A stretch of DNA of 64,000 nucleotides, taken from contig JAGVIE010000025.1 of assembly GCA_020056225.1 (NCBI GenBank), positions 38,995 to 102,994 on the forward strand. Reading direction: 5' to 3'. The notes under the pieces were generated by a model. The model saw nothing but the letters and a program-made list of their open reading frames with translations. It had not been told where the DNA came from and made no database searches. The first letter of the stretch is position 1. Each line of letters begins with the position of its first letter. Positions 1 through 9,813 of this stretch are shown one piece after another. Source of the stretch: Bacteroidota bacterium. Its GTDB lineage: Bacteria > Bacteroidota > Ignavibacteria > UBA10030 > SZUA-254. Made by a program: the position numbers and the translations under genes.

Positions 1-748
1 TCGGTTTAGATGTTAGAAATTCGTCCGGTGGATTAATTTTATTCCAAGCTAATCCGGTAGTTCCTTTCTTAAGGATGGATGCAGAATCGCCCACAGCATA
101 AAGTCTGTCTAAAGCGACGAATGCAAACGCATTGAGATTTGCCGGTATCCGTGCGTTATTATACATCAGCCAGGTTCCACCCCTGTTCGTTGTTCGCATT
201 ATTAGACCGCTGTCTCCGACAGCAAATCCTGCCTTCGCAGGGTGAGGTAATAAGTTAACGTCACGAATAGTTTTCATAGCTGGATCGGGATTTGCTACAA
301 CCTGTGGATCAATTATAAAGCTTGGGGGGCTTTTTTTGATCCTTAATATTAAGCCGTTATCGCCCACGATAATACCTGTGTCCGCGATAGAGAAACTCAC
401 ATCATTGAAAGTTCTATTCTCAAAACCAGCCGGTGGAGGAATCTGGGACCAGGTTTCTCCATCATCATCCGTATACCAGCACGAGCCGTTATCGCCGGCA
501 ACCACGCCGATAATCGGATATTGCTGATAAAACCATTGGAAGTATCCTCTTGTAGGATTGTATACTTCAATCCATGAAAAGTCGTAATACTTGTCAGGCG
601 AAAGCGCGAAAACTTCACTGATGATTAAATCCTTCCCGGGCGGCCGGACACTACCCTGATCCGGTTTTTTGGTAATAAGATCGCATCCGTTTAAAAATAA
701 AGTTGAACCTATAACTATTATTAAAAAAATGTAGAACAACGATTTCAT
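1..748 (-). CDS. Partial (C-terminus runs off the window start) lipoprotein with a lamin-tail-like motif and GD(N/S)G BNR/Ycf48-like repeats; it is not in the supplied ORF track because it has no in-window stop
   Basis: ATG at 746-748 preceded by GGAGA, and the frame stays open to base 1. N-terminus MKSLFYIFLIIVIGSTLFLNGC is a signal peptide with a lipobox. 'LIISEVFALSPDKYYDFSWIEVYNP' resembles the LTD motif. Repeated GDNG/GDSG motifs are present. Confidence 0.5.
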   Translation of the reverse strand, partial: MKSLFYIFLIIVIGSTLFLNGCDLITKKPDQGSVRPPGKDLIISEVFALSPDKYYDFSWIEVYNPTRGYFQWFYQQYPIIGVVAGDNGSCWYTDDDGETWSQIPPPAGFENRTFNDVSFSIADTGIIVGDNGLILRIKKSPPSFIIDPQVVANPDPAMKTIRDVNLLPHPAKAGFAVGDSGLIMRTTNRGGTWLMYNNARIPANLNAFAFVALDRLYAVGDSASILKKGTTGLAWNKINPPDEFLTSKP

Positions 749-785
749 TCTTTTCTCCAATATAATATCTTTTTTGAGGGACATC

Positions 786-1757
786 TTAGAATTGTAATTC
801 GAATGTCATGGAATAAGTCCCTGGCAAATATTTAAAATTATTGTAAGCAAGATCGAGCGTGCCATCGACGCCGAATCTTCCCATCGTCAAACCAAGCCCG
901 CCGGTGAAATCTTCCTGGTCGTATGCAAATTTATACCCACCCCGAAGCGCGACCATATTATTGAAGACATACTCTGCGCCCAGGTTGTACTGTTCCTCGG
1001 CATCATTCAAGCGGGATATCTGCAAAGTCGTTATCACCTCATGGTTAGCTTCCTTCAAAACATCGACCAGTACACCAAACCGCAATGCTGTAGGAATAGA
1101 TGATTGCTCTTCCAAATACTTGATATCTTTACCGATATTGTTCAATGAAACGCCGATATGACTGCGAAGAATTGCAATGTCATAAAGTGTTCCGATATCG
1201 AATGCGAATGTTGCCGCGCTGACCTCTGTATTGAACAAATAGGATTTAATATACTTCGCGTTTATACCGACTCTGAATTGATCCGTTACCTGACGAGCAT
1301 AAGCTAAGCTGAATGCATAATCGCTTGCCCGGAAATTACGCCCGGTACCCTCAGGAAACAATGGCGTAGTCTCAACGATATCGCCTGTAGTCAGCATTGT
1401 TATGCTCATTCCTACAGCACCGATACCGGGGAAATTCCTTACTACGCCGACAAACGAGTGCTGTATATCCGCGAACCAAGATGTGTAAGAAAATCCAACA
1501 CCATAGTTACTTACAGTCATCATGCCGGCTGGATTGAATGGAATTGACGAGACACCATTTGCAATAGCAACCTGTGCGCCGCCGATTCCAACCGCTCGGG
1601 CGCTTGTAGGTATTTTAAGGAATGTAGCCGATGTCGTGCCGGATCTATTCCCTGCTGTGCTTTGTCCACTCAGGAATATTAATAAGAGAGCGATAATCCC
1701 AAGATGTAATATTTGTTTATATAATCTCATAGCTTTTTCTCCTTGAAATCTTGTCAA
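786..1757 (-). CDS. Outer-membrane beta-barrel protein of the PorQ/PorV (T9SS-associated, FadL-like) family
   Basis: Signal peptide followed by 'TSATFLKIPTSARAVGIGGAQVAIANGVSSIPFNPAGM', the hallmark N-terminal motif of PorV/PorQ-type barrels. The 323-aa size fits PorQ. It ends in the aromatic residue F. Confidence 0.6.
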   Translation of the reverse strand: MTRFQGEKAMRLYKQILHLGIIALLLIFLSGQSTAGNRSGTTSATFLKIPTSARAVGIGGAQVAIANGVSSIPFNPAGMMTVSNYGVGFSYTSWFADIQHSFVGVVRNFPGIGAVGMSITMLTTGDIVETTPLFPEGTGRNFRASDYAFSLAYARQVTDQFRVGINAKYIKSYLFNTEVSAATFAFDIGTLYDIAILRSHIGVSLNNIGKDIKYLEEQSSIPTALRFGVLVDVLKEANHEVITTLQISRLNDAEEQYNLGAEYVFNNMVALRGGYKFAYDQEDFTGGLGLTMGRFGVDGTLDLAYNNFKYLPGTYSMTFELQF

Positions 1758-4174
1758 CGAATCAAAACAAATTTATCGATTTGAGTCCCGAACTTCGATT
1801 CAACGCTGTACACATATACTCCGCTGGCTAAAGCGCGCCGGTTTTCACTCATTAGGTTCCATTCTATCTCGCCTCGATCACTCTTATATTCATAGAAGTT
1901 GCTGGTCAAACTTGTATTAGGCGGTAATCCGGAATTTTGATAACCACCGGCGATTGTATTGGATATCGTCGAGATCAATTCACCGGCAATCGTAAAGATT
2001 CGCAGCGTCCATTCACCCTCAGGTAGATGAATAAATTTCACTCTTCTTTGTGATTCATCCCAGGCTGAAGTCTGGCCTTCCCATCCTCCATTCTCAAAAG
2101 TATAATTTTGATCGACCCGATAAGGATTAGGAACGACCAATACTTTATTAGACTCTCTGGAAATATCAAACGGTACATCAATTAACACGGCATTGTTCAA
2201 GAAATCGGACTCTGCATTTTGTGATCTCAAAGTGTCGTAACGAACTCCCCCTCCTGGAAGCGGAACAGGTAAGAGTACGATATCCGGGATACCGAAGGCT
2301 GTAACGACATAGTGATAACGTTTTCCACGAACGAGGAATGAATCGGTAAACGTAGAGTCTAAATGTTCAATTGACCACAGAGTTGCCGTATCGGGAATTG
2401 TATATTCACGGAGTAATGTATATTTATCATTCGCCGGTTGCTCGCCAGCATCTTCCGATCTGTAAAGTCTAAAACCGGTGAATGTTCTACCACCTGGTAA
2501 TTTCCCGTTAGCATCGCATATATGCTTAATGACTGACGGATCACATGCATTACTGGTATTGCATGGTACAGGAAATCTGCGCCAGTGCAGGGAATCATAA
2601 TGCTGTTCGACGTATTTATTAGAATCGTCCCAAACATCGTATGGTCCACCGGGGATGTTATTCCAACTTACATGAGGGAACCATGTAAGCTCAACAGAAT
2701 TATCTACAATCTTGTAATCCAATTTGGGCGATATTAAGGCAGTCGGGGTTGTATAGCCGCGCCTGAATAATTTTATAGCTTTCTCTGCATTTTCTTTCAA
2801 ACTGTTCACACCTCCGGCAACCGCATCGCCGGAAATAAGAGCAATTGAAATCTTTAATGTGTCACCGGGGCGAATCTCGTCAAATTTTCCGAATGAGAAA
2901 AGGAACCGCGTGTCTGAACAATTTGTTTCCGGCTGATTATCAGCGATCGGTTTACCAGGGAAAGCTCTCCCACTCATCCATTCGTAAATCGCAGAATCTA
3001 TAACCCCTGGATCTGGTGTAGTTGTAAAATCGGACCACTGCCAAATGAACTCTAACGAATCGAGAGATTTAGGAGTGCCTAGAACGGTTATCCCTAAAGG
3101 TGTGGAACCACGATCGATCGGATTATGAATGTATGCTGTCCTTAGCGATTCTATATAAGCAGAGTAATTATTCTCGACATAACTAGCGTTACTGACAGGT
3201 CCGAGGTCAATATCAGCGAAGAAACCGACATATACATCCTTGATTACTTTATTCCCTGCATTTATAAACCAATAATCGAATGGAAGAATTGCCCCGGCGT
3301 ATACACTACCCCAAGCGTATGATTTCTGTATAACCTTAATGCCCATCGGTACATGCTGAAAGACAGACGGACGGCTGAACGTATCTGTAGCGGCACAGTA
3401 TAGATCGTTATCTGAAATTGCTCCATAGTCTTCATCAACATTAGGTTCGCCATGGTCGGGAATTCCATTCTTCTCGAACCAAATATCTTCATCATTCTTA
3501 TACGGTAAAGTTCCATCCGGATTGGGATGGCATTTATCCCGCTTTGCCGGGTCATAATTATCACCGGCTGGATCGGGATTGGTCACTGGATCATAAAGCT
3601 TGCCATCGCACGAAGCTTCTTCTTGATCGGCACGTCCATCACTGCCGAGATCGTCTGTTACCGGGTTCCAGTCACCGTCGTTATCAGCACCGTCCAATTC
3701 ATCTTCATCGACTTTTCCGTCGTTGTCATCATCACATCCTCTGACATTCGGCTCACCAAGTTTTGTAGTTGCCGTTTGCCAGAAATGTTCACGTCTCAGG
3801 TGTTGGTATTCCGGCAGAAATTCTTTTCTTGCATCCGATCCGTTATACCCTTCATCAACTCTGGGTACGCCATCAACGAGTCCGCCTATCCTTGGTCCTG
3901 CGCCATAGAGATGTTCCACACCCGAGTTAGTCGGATACTCAAGTCCAAAACCATCAGGTATATCATCCGCGGAGCCAGCATCCCATGCTTGCATCCCCAT
4001 AGCCATCTGGTTACTCAACCAGACACGCATATTAAATCCCTGCTTTATCTTTTCAGCGAAAGCAACAGTAGTTTTAGAAAGTTTGTTAGAACGTTTTTTT
4101 GTTCCTGCCTGGGATATAGAAATTATCCCAATAATAAGTAGTAAGCAAATTATCCATTTTTTCATAGATATCAA
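1754..4174 (-). CDS. Secreted T9SS cargo protein with thrombospondin type-3-like Ca-binding Asp-rich repeats and a C-terminal T9SS sorting domain; paralog of 14288..16576
   Basis: Signal peptide. 'DDDNDGKVDEDELDGADNDGDWNPVTDDLGSDGRAD' are DxDxDG repeats. The C-terminus 'GVYVYSVESKFGTQIDKFVLIR' is a T9SS CTD. A block 'HGEPNVDEDYGAISDNDL' is shared with the paralog. There is a 4-bp overlap with the upstream gene. Confidence 0.7.
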   Translation of the reverse strand: MISMKKWIICLLLIIGIISISQAGTKKRSNKLSKTTVAFAEKIKQGFNMRVWLSNQMAMGMQAWDAGSADDIPDGFGLEYPTNSGVEHLYGAGPRIGGLVDGVPRVDEGYNGSDARKEFLPEYQHLRREHFWQTATTKLGEPNVRGCDDDNDGKVDEDELDGADNDGDWNPVTDDLGSDGRADQEEASCDGKLYDPVTNPDPAGDNYDPAKRDKCHPNPDGTLPYKNDEDIWFEKNGIPDHGEPNVDEDYGAISDNDLYCAATDTFSRPSVFQHVPMGIKVIQKSYAWGSVYAGAILPFDYWFINAGNKVIKDVYVGFFADIDLGPVSNASYVENNYSAYIESLRTAYIHNPIDRGSTPLGITVLGTPKSLDSLEFIWQWSDFTTTPDPGVIDSAIYEWMSGRAFPGKPIADNQPETNCSDTRFLFSFGKFDEIRPGDTLKISIALISGDAVAGGVNSLKENAEKAIKLFRRGYTTPTALISPKLDYKIVDNSVELTWFPHVSWNNIPGGPYDVWDDSNKYVEQHYDSLHWRRFPVPCNTSNACDPSVIKHICDANGKLPGGRTFTGFRLYRSEDAGEQPANDKYTLLREYTIPDTATLWSIEHLDSTFTDSFLVRGKRYHYVVTAFGIPDIVLLPVPLPGGGVRYDTLRSQNAESDFLNNAVLIDVPFDISRESNKVLVVPNPYRVDQNYTFENGGWEGQTSAWDESQRRVKFIHLPEGEWTLRIFTIAGELISTISNTIAGGYQNSGLPPNTSLTSNFYEYKSDRGEIEWNLMSENRRALASGVYVYSVESKFGTQIDKFVLIR

Positions 4175-4200
4175 TCCTTATTTTGATTTCATATAAATAA

Positions 4201-7116
4201 TCAATCCCAGTTTAATTTTACACCGAATAATACTTGACGCGGCGGCTGAAATAAAGTCCGATCAAGCGCCCAAAACTCTGTTTCGTTCCATGATCTGATA
4301 AGTTGTGCGTTATTATTCGAATAATCACCGTACTGAATTACACGTCCTGTGTAATTGTTGATTGAACCGGTTTCAGGGTTCTTACGGTTCAAAAGATTTA
4401 TCACATCGAGCGTTAAGAGTATATTAATCGTCTCGAAAACACGTAATCCCTTATAAATAGAAAGATTAAGCGTAGAATTATATGGACCGGTTTCGCTGTT
4501 GACTTTGCTATTGTACTGAACTTGCGTATATCGCGTTGATAAATATCCGTCGTACGGCGAACCGCTGTTGAAACTCCAGGTAAGAGAGATACCGTAGTTA
4601 TTAATAAACGGCATTCCGAAGAATTCACCTTCATCTCTTGGTCCAACGCGGTAACTTGCAAAAAGATTCGCAGTATGAGTTTGATCCCACGGCATCCGAA
4701 CTTCGCGGGCTAATTGAGTCAACTGTGGATTTATTAAAACATTCAGGTCTGTAGCCGCACGACCTTTTGCAATCAGATATGAATAGCTTAGGGAAACTGA
4801 AAAATTTGTTCCCAACGCCTGATTGACTGAAAGGTCAAAACCACGAGAACTTGCGTAATCGAAGTTTTTATAAAAATTGAAATCACCTCTTTTGACCAGA
4901 GTCGGATAGTCGAATATATCTTTATAATAGGCATGTACTGTAAACGCCATATCATCGGTGAATTGATCTTCGAAACCGGCTTCATAAGCTACAGTGCGTT
5001 GCGGTTTCAGATCGGGATTCCCGATTGTGGCATCTGTATTCAGGGTATAGTTATCTCTAAAATAGCGGGCGCGTTCAGGGAATTGAATGAAGTGTCCGTA
5101 GTTAAAATAAAACACAATCCGATCTGTTACCGGATAACCTATCGAGAGACGTGGACTGTAATATCCGTGAGTGAAGTAATACCAAAATCTCTTTGAATCT
5201 ATCCTGCCATTGGCTCTTTTTGCGCTGTCAGTCTTTCCAGACATATTCCATACCCAATCTGGAGAGGTTTGTCCGGGACTTTTGCCGTCAAGTGTATCAA
5301 TCCACTGATATGCATATTTCCAAGAATCTATATAATCATCATTATAAACTTGAGCACCAAGATCAAGATAATCATAGCGAATACCGATGTGTAAATTCAA
5401 TCCAGCCAGCTCAATATTATCCTGTAGATATAAACCTCCACGGTTAGGCATATTATTCAGGTGATACCTGGTTAATCCATAACCGGGATAATCACCATGT
5501 GACCACTCAGGTTTTGGATCAGGGGGAACAGTACCGTCGTTATGTGTGTAGGTCGGATATCGTATATCCGTGGAATTGATATTTTCAAAATAAACTTCCA
5601 TTCCTGTTTTCAGTAAATGCAAATCATGCACTTGTGAATTATAATCGAACCGTGAAGACCAGACAGTTGTACGCGATGAATACCATCTCTGGCTCGTACC
5701 AAGTTCATTGAAGTAATCACCATTTACATCATATTTGTTTATGTCGGCGGTAGAATATTCGTTGGGTTTTATACCTGCGACATCATTACCGTTTTTGTTC
5801 TCTGATTTTGCAATATACAGCTTAAAGAGAGACTTAGGACTAAAGAAATGCTGCCATGAAAATGTATTTTGGATTGCAATATCAACACCAACAGCAGACG
5901 AATCAGCCCGGTATTTCCAGGTTCTCACAGTGCCATCGTACGAATGGGAGGAAGACAAACTGGCATAATAACCGTAACTAAATTGATCGTCTCCACTAAG
6001 ATCGTATTTCAACTTAGTATTAAAAGTGAATGAATTATCTTGATTGTCACGATACCGGAATCCTGCCGCATTCAAAATGCCGCCTAAAAATCCATTCAAC
6101 TGTATTGTTCTCTCAATAGGATTATAGAATTCATTATGGACATACTGATACCAGCCGTCGCTACGCGTCATATCGGCATTCATAAAGAATGTGAGGGTGC
6201 CCGGTATTTTCATTCCAAGTTCCGGCAACAAATATTTCGACATCGGTTCAGGTCCTCCGAAAGAGAACGAACTATAGGCTTCATTTTGATTACTCTTTCC
6301 AAAGCGATCTGTTCGAAATTGCATGGAGCCTGTATATCTATCTCCGCCCGATTTTGTTGTAATATTTATTATTCCTGATTGAGCATTACCATAGTCCGCA
6401 TCAAAGCCGCTTGTCTGAACGCTGATCGATTGTATCGCGCTTGCAGACACGTTTAATCCGCTTGATCCGCCTACGCCTGTAGATGCACCGGAATAGAGTG
6501 CGTTAAGATCTTTATTGGCAGTCCCGGTTCCCTGGTCTCCGGAGTTTTCTACTACGTTATTCGTAGGAACACCATCGACTAAATATTGTACTTCATTAGC
6601 TCTTCCGCCCCGCAGGAATAAATTCTTACCCTTTTTAACAAATCCTGCCTGGAGCTTTAAAACGTCTTCAACACTCTTGACATTGGGAATGCTCTGGATA
6701 GATTTTTCTCCCACAGTTTTTGTGGAAGATGTTGTAAGTGAATTAACCAATTGCTGATCTGCAGTGATGGTAACCCCTGTCATTTGTACTTCACTTGAAG
6801 TCAATTTAAAATTCAAAGGCGTTGTTTCATCAGCGCCGATTTTTACTTCCTTCACTTCCATTGAAGCATAGCCGATCTGACTTGCCTTAACGGTATACCT
6901 GCCTATAGGTATTCCGATAATGGAATACTTTCCGTCGATATCGGTTACCCCGCCGCGCTGCGTCCCGACTACAATAACGTTCACGCCGAGCATCGCTTCT
7001 CCGGAGACCGCATCTGTAACTTTGCCTACAATTTTACCGGTGTTGCCCGCGAATAGAATTAAATTTACTGTCAGGATTAAAAAGCAAATATATAAACTTC
7101 TAACAAATGTTTTCAT
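4201..7116 (-). CDS. TonB-dependent outer-membrane receptor (SusC-like, N-terminal carboxypeptidase-regulatory-like domain plus plug)
   Basis: Signal peptide. 'GKIVGKVTDAVSGEAMLGVNVIVVGTQRGGVTDIDGKYSI' is a CarbopepD_reg-like domain. 'NLFLRGGRANEVQYLVDGVP' is a TonB plug motif. Length is 971 aa with a C-terminal aromatic beta-barrel ending. Confidence 0.8.
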   Translation of the reverse strand: MKTFVRSLYICFLILTVNLILFAGNTGKIVGKVTDAVSGEAMLGVNVIVVGTQRGGVTDIDGKYSIIGIPIGRYTVKASQIGYASMEVKEVKIGADETTPLNFKLTSSEVQMTGVTITADQQLVNSLTTSSTKTVGEKSIQSIPNVKSVEDVLKLQAGFVKKGKNLFLRGGRANEVQYLVDGVPTNNVVENSGDQGTGTANKDLNALYSGASTGVGGSSGLNVSASAIQSISVQTSGFDADYGNAQSGIINITTKSGGDRYTGSMQFRTDRFGKSNQNEAYSSFSFGGPEPMSKYLLPELGMKIPGTLTFFMNADMTRSDGWYQYVHNEFYNPIERTIQLNGFLGGILNAAGFRYRDNQDNSFTFNTKLKYDLSGDDQFSYGYYASLSSSHSYDGTVRTWKYRADSSAVGVDIAIQNTFSWQHFFSPKSLFKLYIAKSENKNGNDVAGIKPNEYSTADINKYDVNGDYFNELGTSQRWYSSRTTVWSSRFDYNSQVHDLHLLKTGMEVYFENINSTDIRYPTYTHNDGTVPPDPKPEWSHGDYPGYGLTRYHLNNMPNRGGLYLQDNIELAGLNLHIGIRYDYLDLGAQVYNDDYIDSWKYAYQWIDTLDGKSPGQTSPDWVWNMSGKTDSAKRANGRIDSKRFWYYFTHGYYSPRLSIGYPVTDRIVFYFNYGHFIQFPERARYFRDNYTLNTDATIGNPDLKPQRTVAYEAGFEDQFTDDMAFTVHAYYKDIFDYPTLVKRGDFNFYKNFDYASSRGFDLSVNQALGTNFSVSLSYSYLIAKGRAATDLNVLINPQLTQLAREVRMPWDQTHTANLFASYRVGPRDEGEFFGMPFINNYGISLTWSFNSGSPYDGYLSTRYTQVQYNSKVNSETGPYNSTLNLSIYKGLRVFETINILLTLDVINLLNRKNPETGSINNYTGRVIQYGDYSNNNAQLIRSWNETEFWALDRTLFQPPRQVLFGVKLNWD

Positions 7117-7130
7117 TAATCAACTCCAGT

Positions 7131-8996
7131 TTATTTTTCGATTTCTCTGAATGCGAGTGCGAGAGCTGAATCAACAGCAGGGCGCTCCATATAGTATAAC
7201 GGAACTCCGAAGAGAACCATGTTAAATGTTATTCCGTTGTAACGGATCGATAATGGAACTTGTTCAAAATATTGATTCCCGGTTTTAGATGCATATTTTT
7301 GAATCGTTTCGCCGAAACCAACCGGGTAATTCTTCATCACAGCGGTCATACCTCCGTGCCATGCTGTATCCATCTTTGTCGTATCGATACGAAGGTTCGG
7401 ATATCCGCGTAAACCGTTTGCACCTATGCCGTCTTCTTTGGGGAATCTGCCCAACTTGGATATAGAAACTTGAAAAATATGCCCATAAAATTCTTCATTC
7501 CGTGGAAAATTTGTATTGCTTGTGCTCGACCACCCGCTGAAAATAATATTGCCGCCGACATAACAATAATCTCTAAGAATTGCTTGCTTAGTTCCTCCGA
7601 CTTCATTACTCTGCCCCCATGTATAATAACCGTATTCATCCACACAGTCTGAGTACATTAATACGGCTTTATATTTTGCTATCTCTGCCCTTCCGGGGAA
7701 GATGTATTGGGATGCTCTGAACATAACAAGATTCGAATCAGGAATTCCCAACCCGTGCATTATATCAAAATAGAAATTATCGACCGTTTGCCAATGCGGA
7801 TGAGCCGGCGATTCAGGGACCCTCGTGGAATAATAAGCATTATTAATAACCAGAATTTTGTTGGTTTTGGGCAGATCTGGTCTGGCAAATGGCGGATAGA
7901 TGGTATAGAATGTCTGCCATGCCGAATCTATTTGTACACTTATTATTGAATCATGAGCTTGATTCCAAGTTATTCGCTCAAATATGCCAACGGTATCGAT
8001 CGAACCGAATTCATTCCTCGATTGAACATAAAACGTATGCTTGGTAGCATATGGATCCGGGAAATCGGCGGCTGTAACGAATGCCTCTTCACTTGGTGAA
8101 AATTCCGACCATGGTATTTTCCCGGTCTTCGCCAACCATTGATCTCGATCGACTACCCAGCGATAATCGATAGTTCTGCTGTTGGGATCGATCCCCTGGA
8201 ATTCAAATCTTATTCCTGCATACGTCGGAGTGAATCCATTAATAGCGAATGCTGTATCTGCCGGACCAAAGGTAACTCTGGTATGCGGCGCGGTAACTTT
8301 AGGGGTTGTGAACATAACAGTAGCGGGAACAGCCGATGTATCTCCGATATTATCGATTGCCGATATGATAAATTTATGATTGTTCCATTCGTATTGTGAA
8401 TCGAATATAAATGTTCCTGTGTTGGGATTCGTGTGCACAGGATAACTGTATTTCACCCGTTGGCCTGTCTGGATCCGTATAGAATCTGGATTGGACGCAT
8501 AAATTTTTACGCCGCTAATCGTTATAGTATCTCCCTTCGCTAACGAATCGCTCACATCATTGGGCAGTCCTGTCTCTTTATCGAGCGTTGCGAAATATCT
8601 GTAGAGTGTTGGTATCTGTTTATCATCATTTGTAATAACCATCAAAGCGAATTCTTCAACGATTATATTCAAGATGTATTTGTACGAATGCATGGTATCA
8701 AAGCCACTTGCCTGATATGTCCATGTGTATTTAAATCCTGTTACAAATCCATCCGGATCATCACCCACCCAATATAAAGTTAGTCTCGGTGAGTTGCTTG
8801 TATCGTAAGGCACGGGAACGTTTGCTAAGCGGGTTTTGGGTTTAATGTTCTGATGATATTCTCCTGGTTTTTCAGGATTGCTGCAATCCCAAGAGAGAAG
8901 AACAATTACGCTAAATAGGATCAGTGCGAAACTCTGTTTCATATTAAACCGTATTAATTTTTTCATTCTAAATTTTCCTGATATGGGAATATTCAT
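7131..8996 (-). CDS. Hypothetical secreted protein/lipoprotein, co-operonic with the TonB-dependent receptor
   Basis: Long ORF of 621 aa. N-terminal hydrophobic segment followed by Cys ('LLSWDCS'). It lies 14 bp upstream of the receptor gene and overlaps the upstream ORF by 4 bp. Confidence 0.5.
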   Translation of the reverse strand: MNIPISGKFRMKKLIRFNMKQSFALILFSVIVLLSWDCSNPEKPGEYHQNIKPKTRLANVPVPYDTSNSPRLTLYWVGDDPDGFVTGFKYTWTYQASGFDTMHSYKYILNIIVEEFALMVITNDDKQIPTLYRYFATLDKETGLPNDVSDSLAKGDTITISGVKIYASNPDSIRIQTGQRVKYSYPVHTNPNTGTFIFDSQYEWNNHKFIISAIDNIGDTSAVPATVMFTTPKVTAPHTRVTFGPADTAFAINGFTPTYAGIRFEFQGIDPNSRTIDYRWVVDRDQWLAKTGKIPWSEFSPSEEAFVTAADFPDPYATKHTFYVQSRNEFGSIDTVGIFERITWNQAHDSIISVQIDSAWQTFYTIYPPFARPDLPKTNKILVINNAYYSTRVPESPAHPHWQTVDNFYFDIMHGLGIPDSNLVMFRASQYIFPGRAEIAKYKAVLMYSDCVDEYGYYTWGQSNEVGGTKQAILRDYCYVGGNIIFSGWSSTSNTNFPRNEEFYGHIFQVSISKLGRFPKEDGIGANGLRGYPNLRIDTTKMDTAWHGGMTAVMKNYPVGFGETIQKYASKTGNQYFEQVPLSIRYNGITFNMVLFGVPLYYMERPAVDSALALAFREIEK

Positions 8997-9595
8997 TGGA
9001 TCATAATTTCATATTGTGGAGTAAAAATATAAGCATAGGCTCCCTTCACTAACGATTTATCAAGATCGAGCACAAGAATTATTTTTGTAGTCTGTGACTC
9101 ACCGACATGGAATGAAATATCTTGATGGAACACCGCGGGATAATTCGCTGATTTCACCACCGGAACCGGTTGCTGTTCATCTGCGTTTGATCCTAATAAA
9201 AGAGTACCTCCGGGATCGATTTGAAAATCGCATCCGATGTAATCACCGGGAGGCGCATAAACCTGACCGATGATGACGTTTCCTTTGATCGCCAACGAAT
9301 CAAGTGTGTTCACAACGATAGTAGTTATCTGATTTGAAGACTCTATGATTTTTGCGTCCTCAAAAACTTTCAGAATGCCTCCATCAGATCTTATCGCTTG
9401 GATTTTATCGACCTTGATGATAAAGTTTGTAAATTTAGTGATCTCGATATTCTGCGATATCGTACGAAGACGAACTTCTATCATACCGGGCAGAGGCGAA
9501 CGATAATCGTATTGGCAACTAATGTTGATGAATGCTAATACTATTGTGAGGGAAAAAATCGCGCCAATTGGGTAAATTCTCTTGACAACCTTCAT
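8993..9595 (-). CDS. Hypothetical small lipoprotein, first gene of the receptor operon
   Basis: Signal peptide with 'INISC' lipobox-like Cys. ATGA overlap with the downstream gene. An AT-rich promoter region lies upstream. Confidence 0.5.
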   Translation of the reverse strand: MKVVKRIYPIGAIFSLTIVLAFINISCQYDYRSPLPGMIEVRLRTISQNIEITKFTNFIIKVDKIQAIRSDGGILKVFEDAKIIESSNQITTIVVNTLDSLAIKGNVIIGQVYAPPGDYIGCDFQIDPGGTLLLGSNADEQQPVPVVKSANYPAVFHQDISFHVGESQTTKIILVLDLDKSLVKGAYAYIFTPQYEIMIQ

Positions 9596-9813
9596 ATGTT
9601 TTTTTTGATTTGACGGTTAGGGGGATTAGTTATCAATTTACTATAGTATTCTAAGTATAATGAAAAAAATAGATACAGTCAAGAAAAATAATGGCTAAAT
9701 TGAACAAAATATAGACTATAAAAATTAGCCAATTTTGCATCTCCAGATATTTTATGTATCTTATTTCTATCCAAATATCCATCGGTATTCTTATTAAATA
9801 TTAATGGTTCTCA

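Noticed and set aside
3527-4141. Plus-strand ORFs of 60-208 aa (e.g. 3527..4141, 36362..36988, 16458..16793) lying antisense to long minus-strand genes
   Set aside because: They sit entirely within well-supported minus-strand genes, are low-complexity, and lack SD sequences. They are treated as antisense artefacts.
4201-8996. SusC/SusD polysaccharide-utilisation pair
   Set aside because: The gene order is reversed (lipoprotein upstream of the receptor). The 621-aa protein shows no SusD-like TPR/alpha-helical character by eye. It is kept only as a finding flagged for checking.
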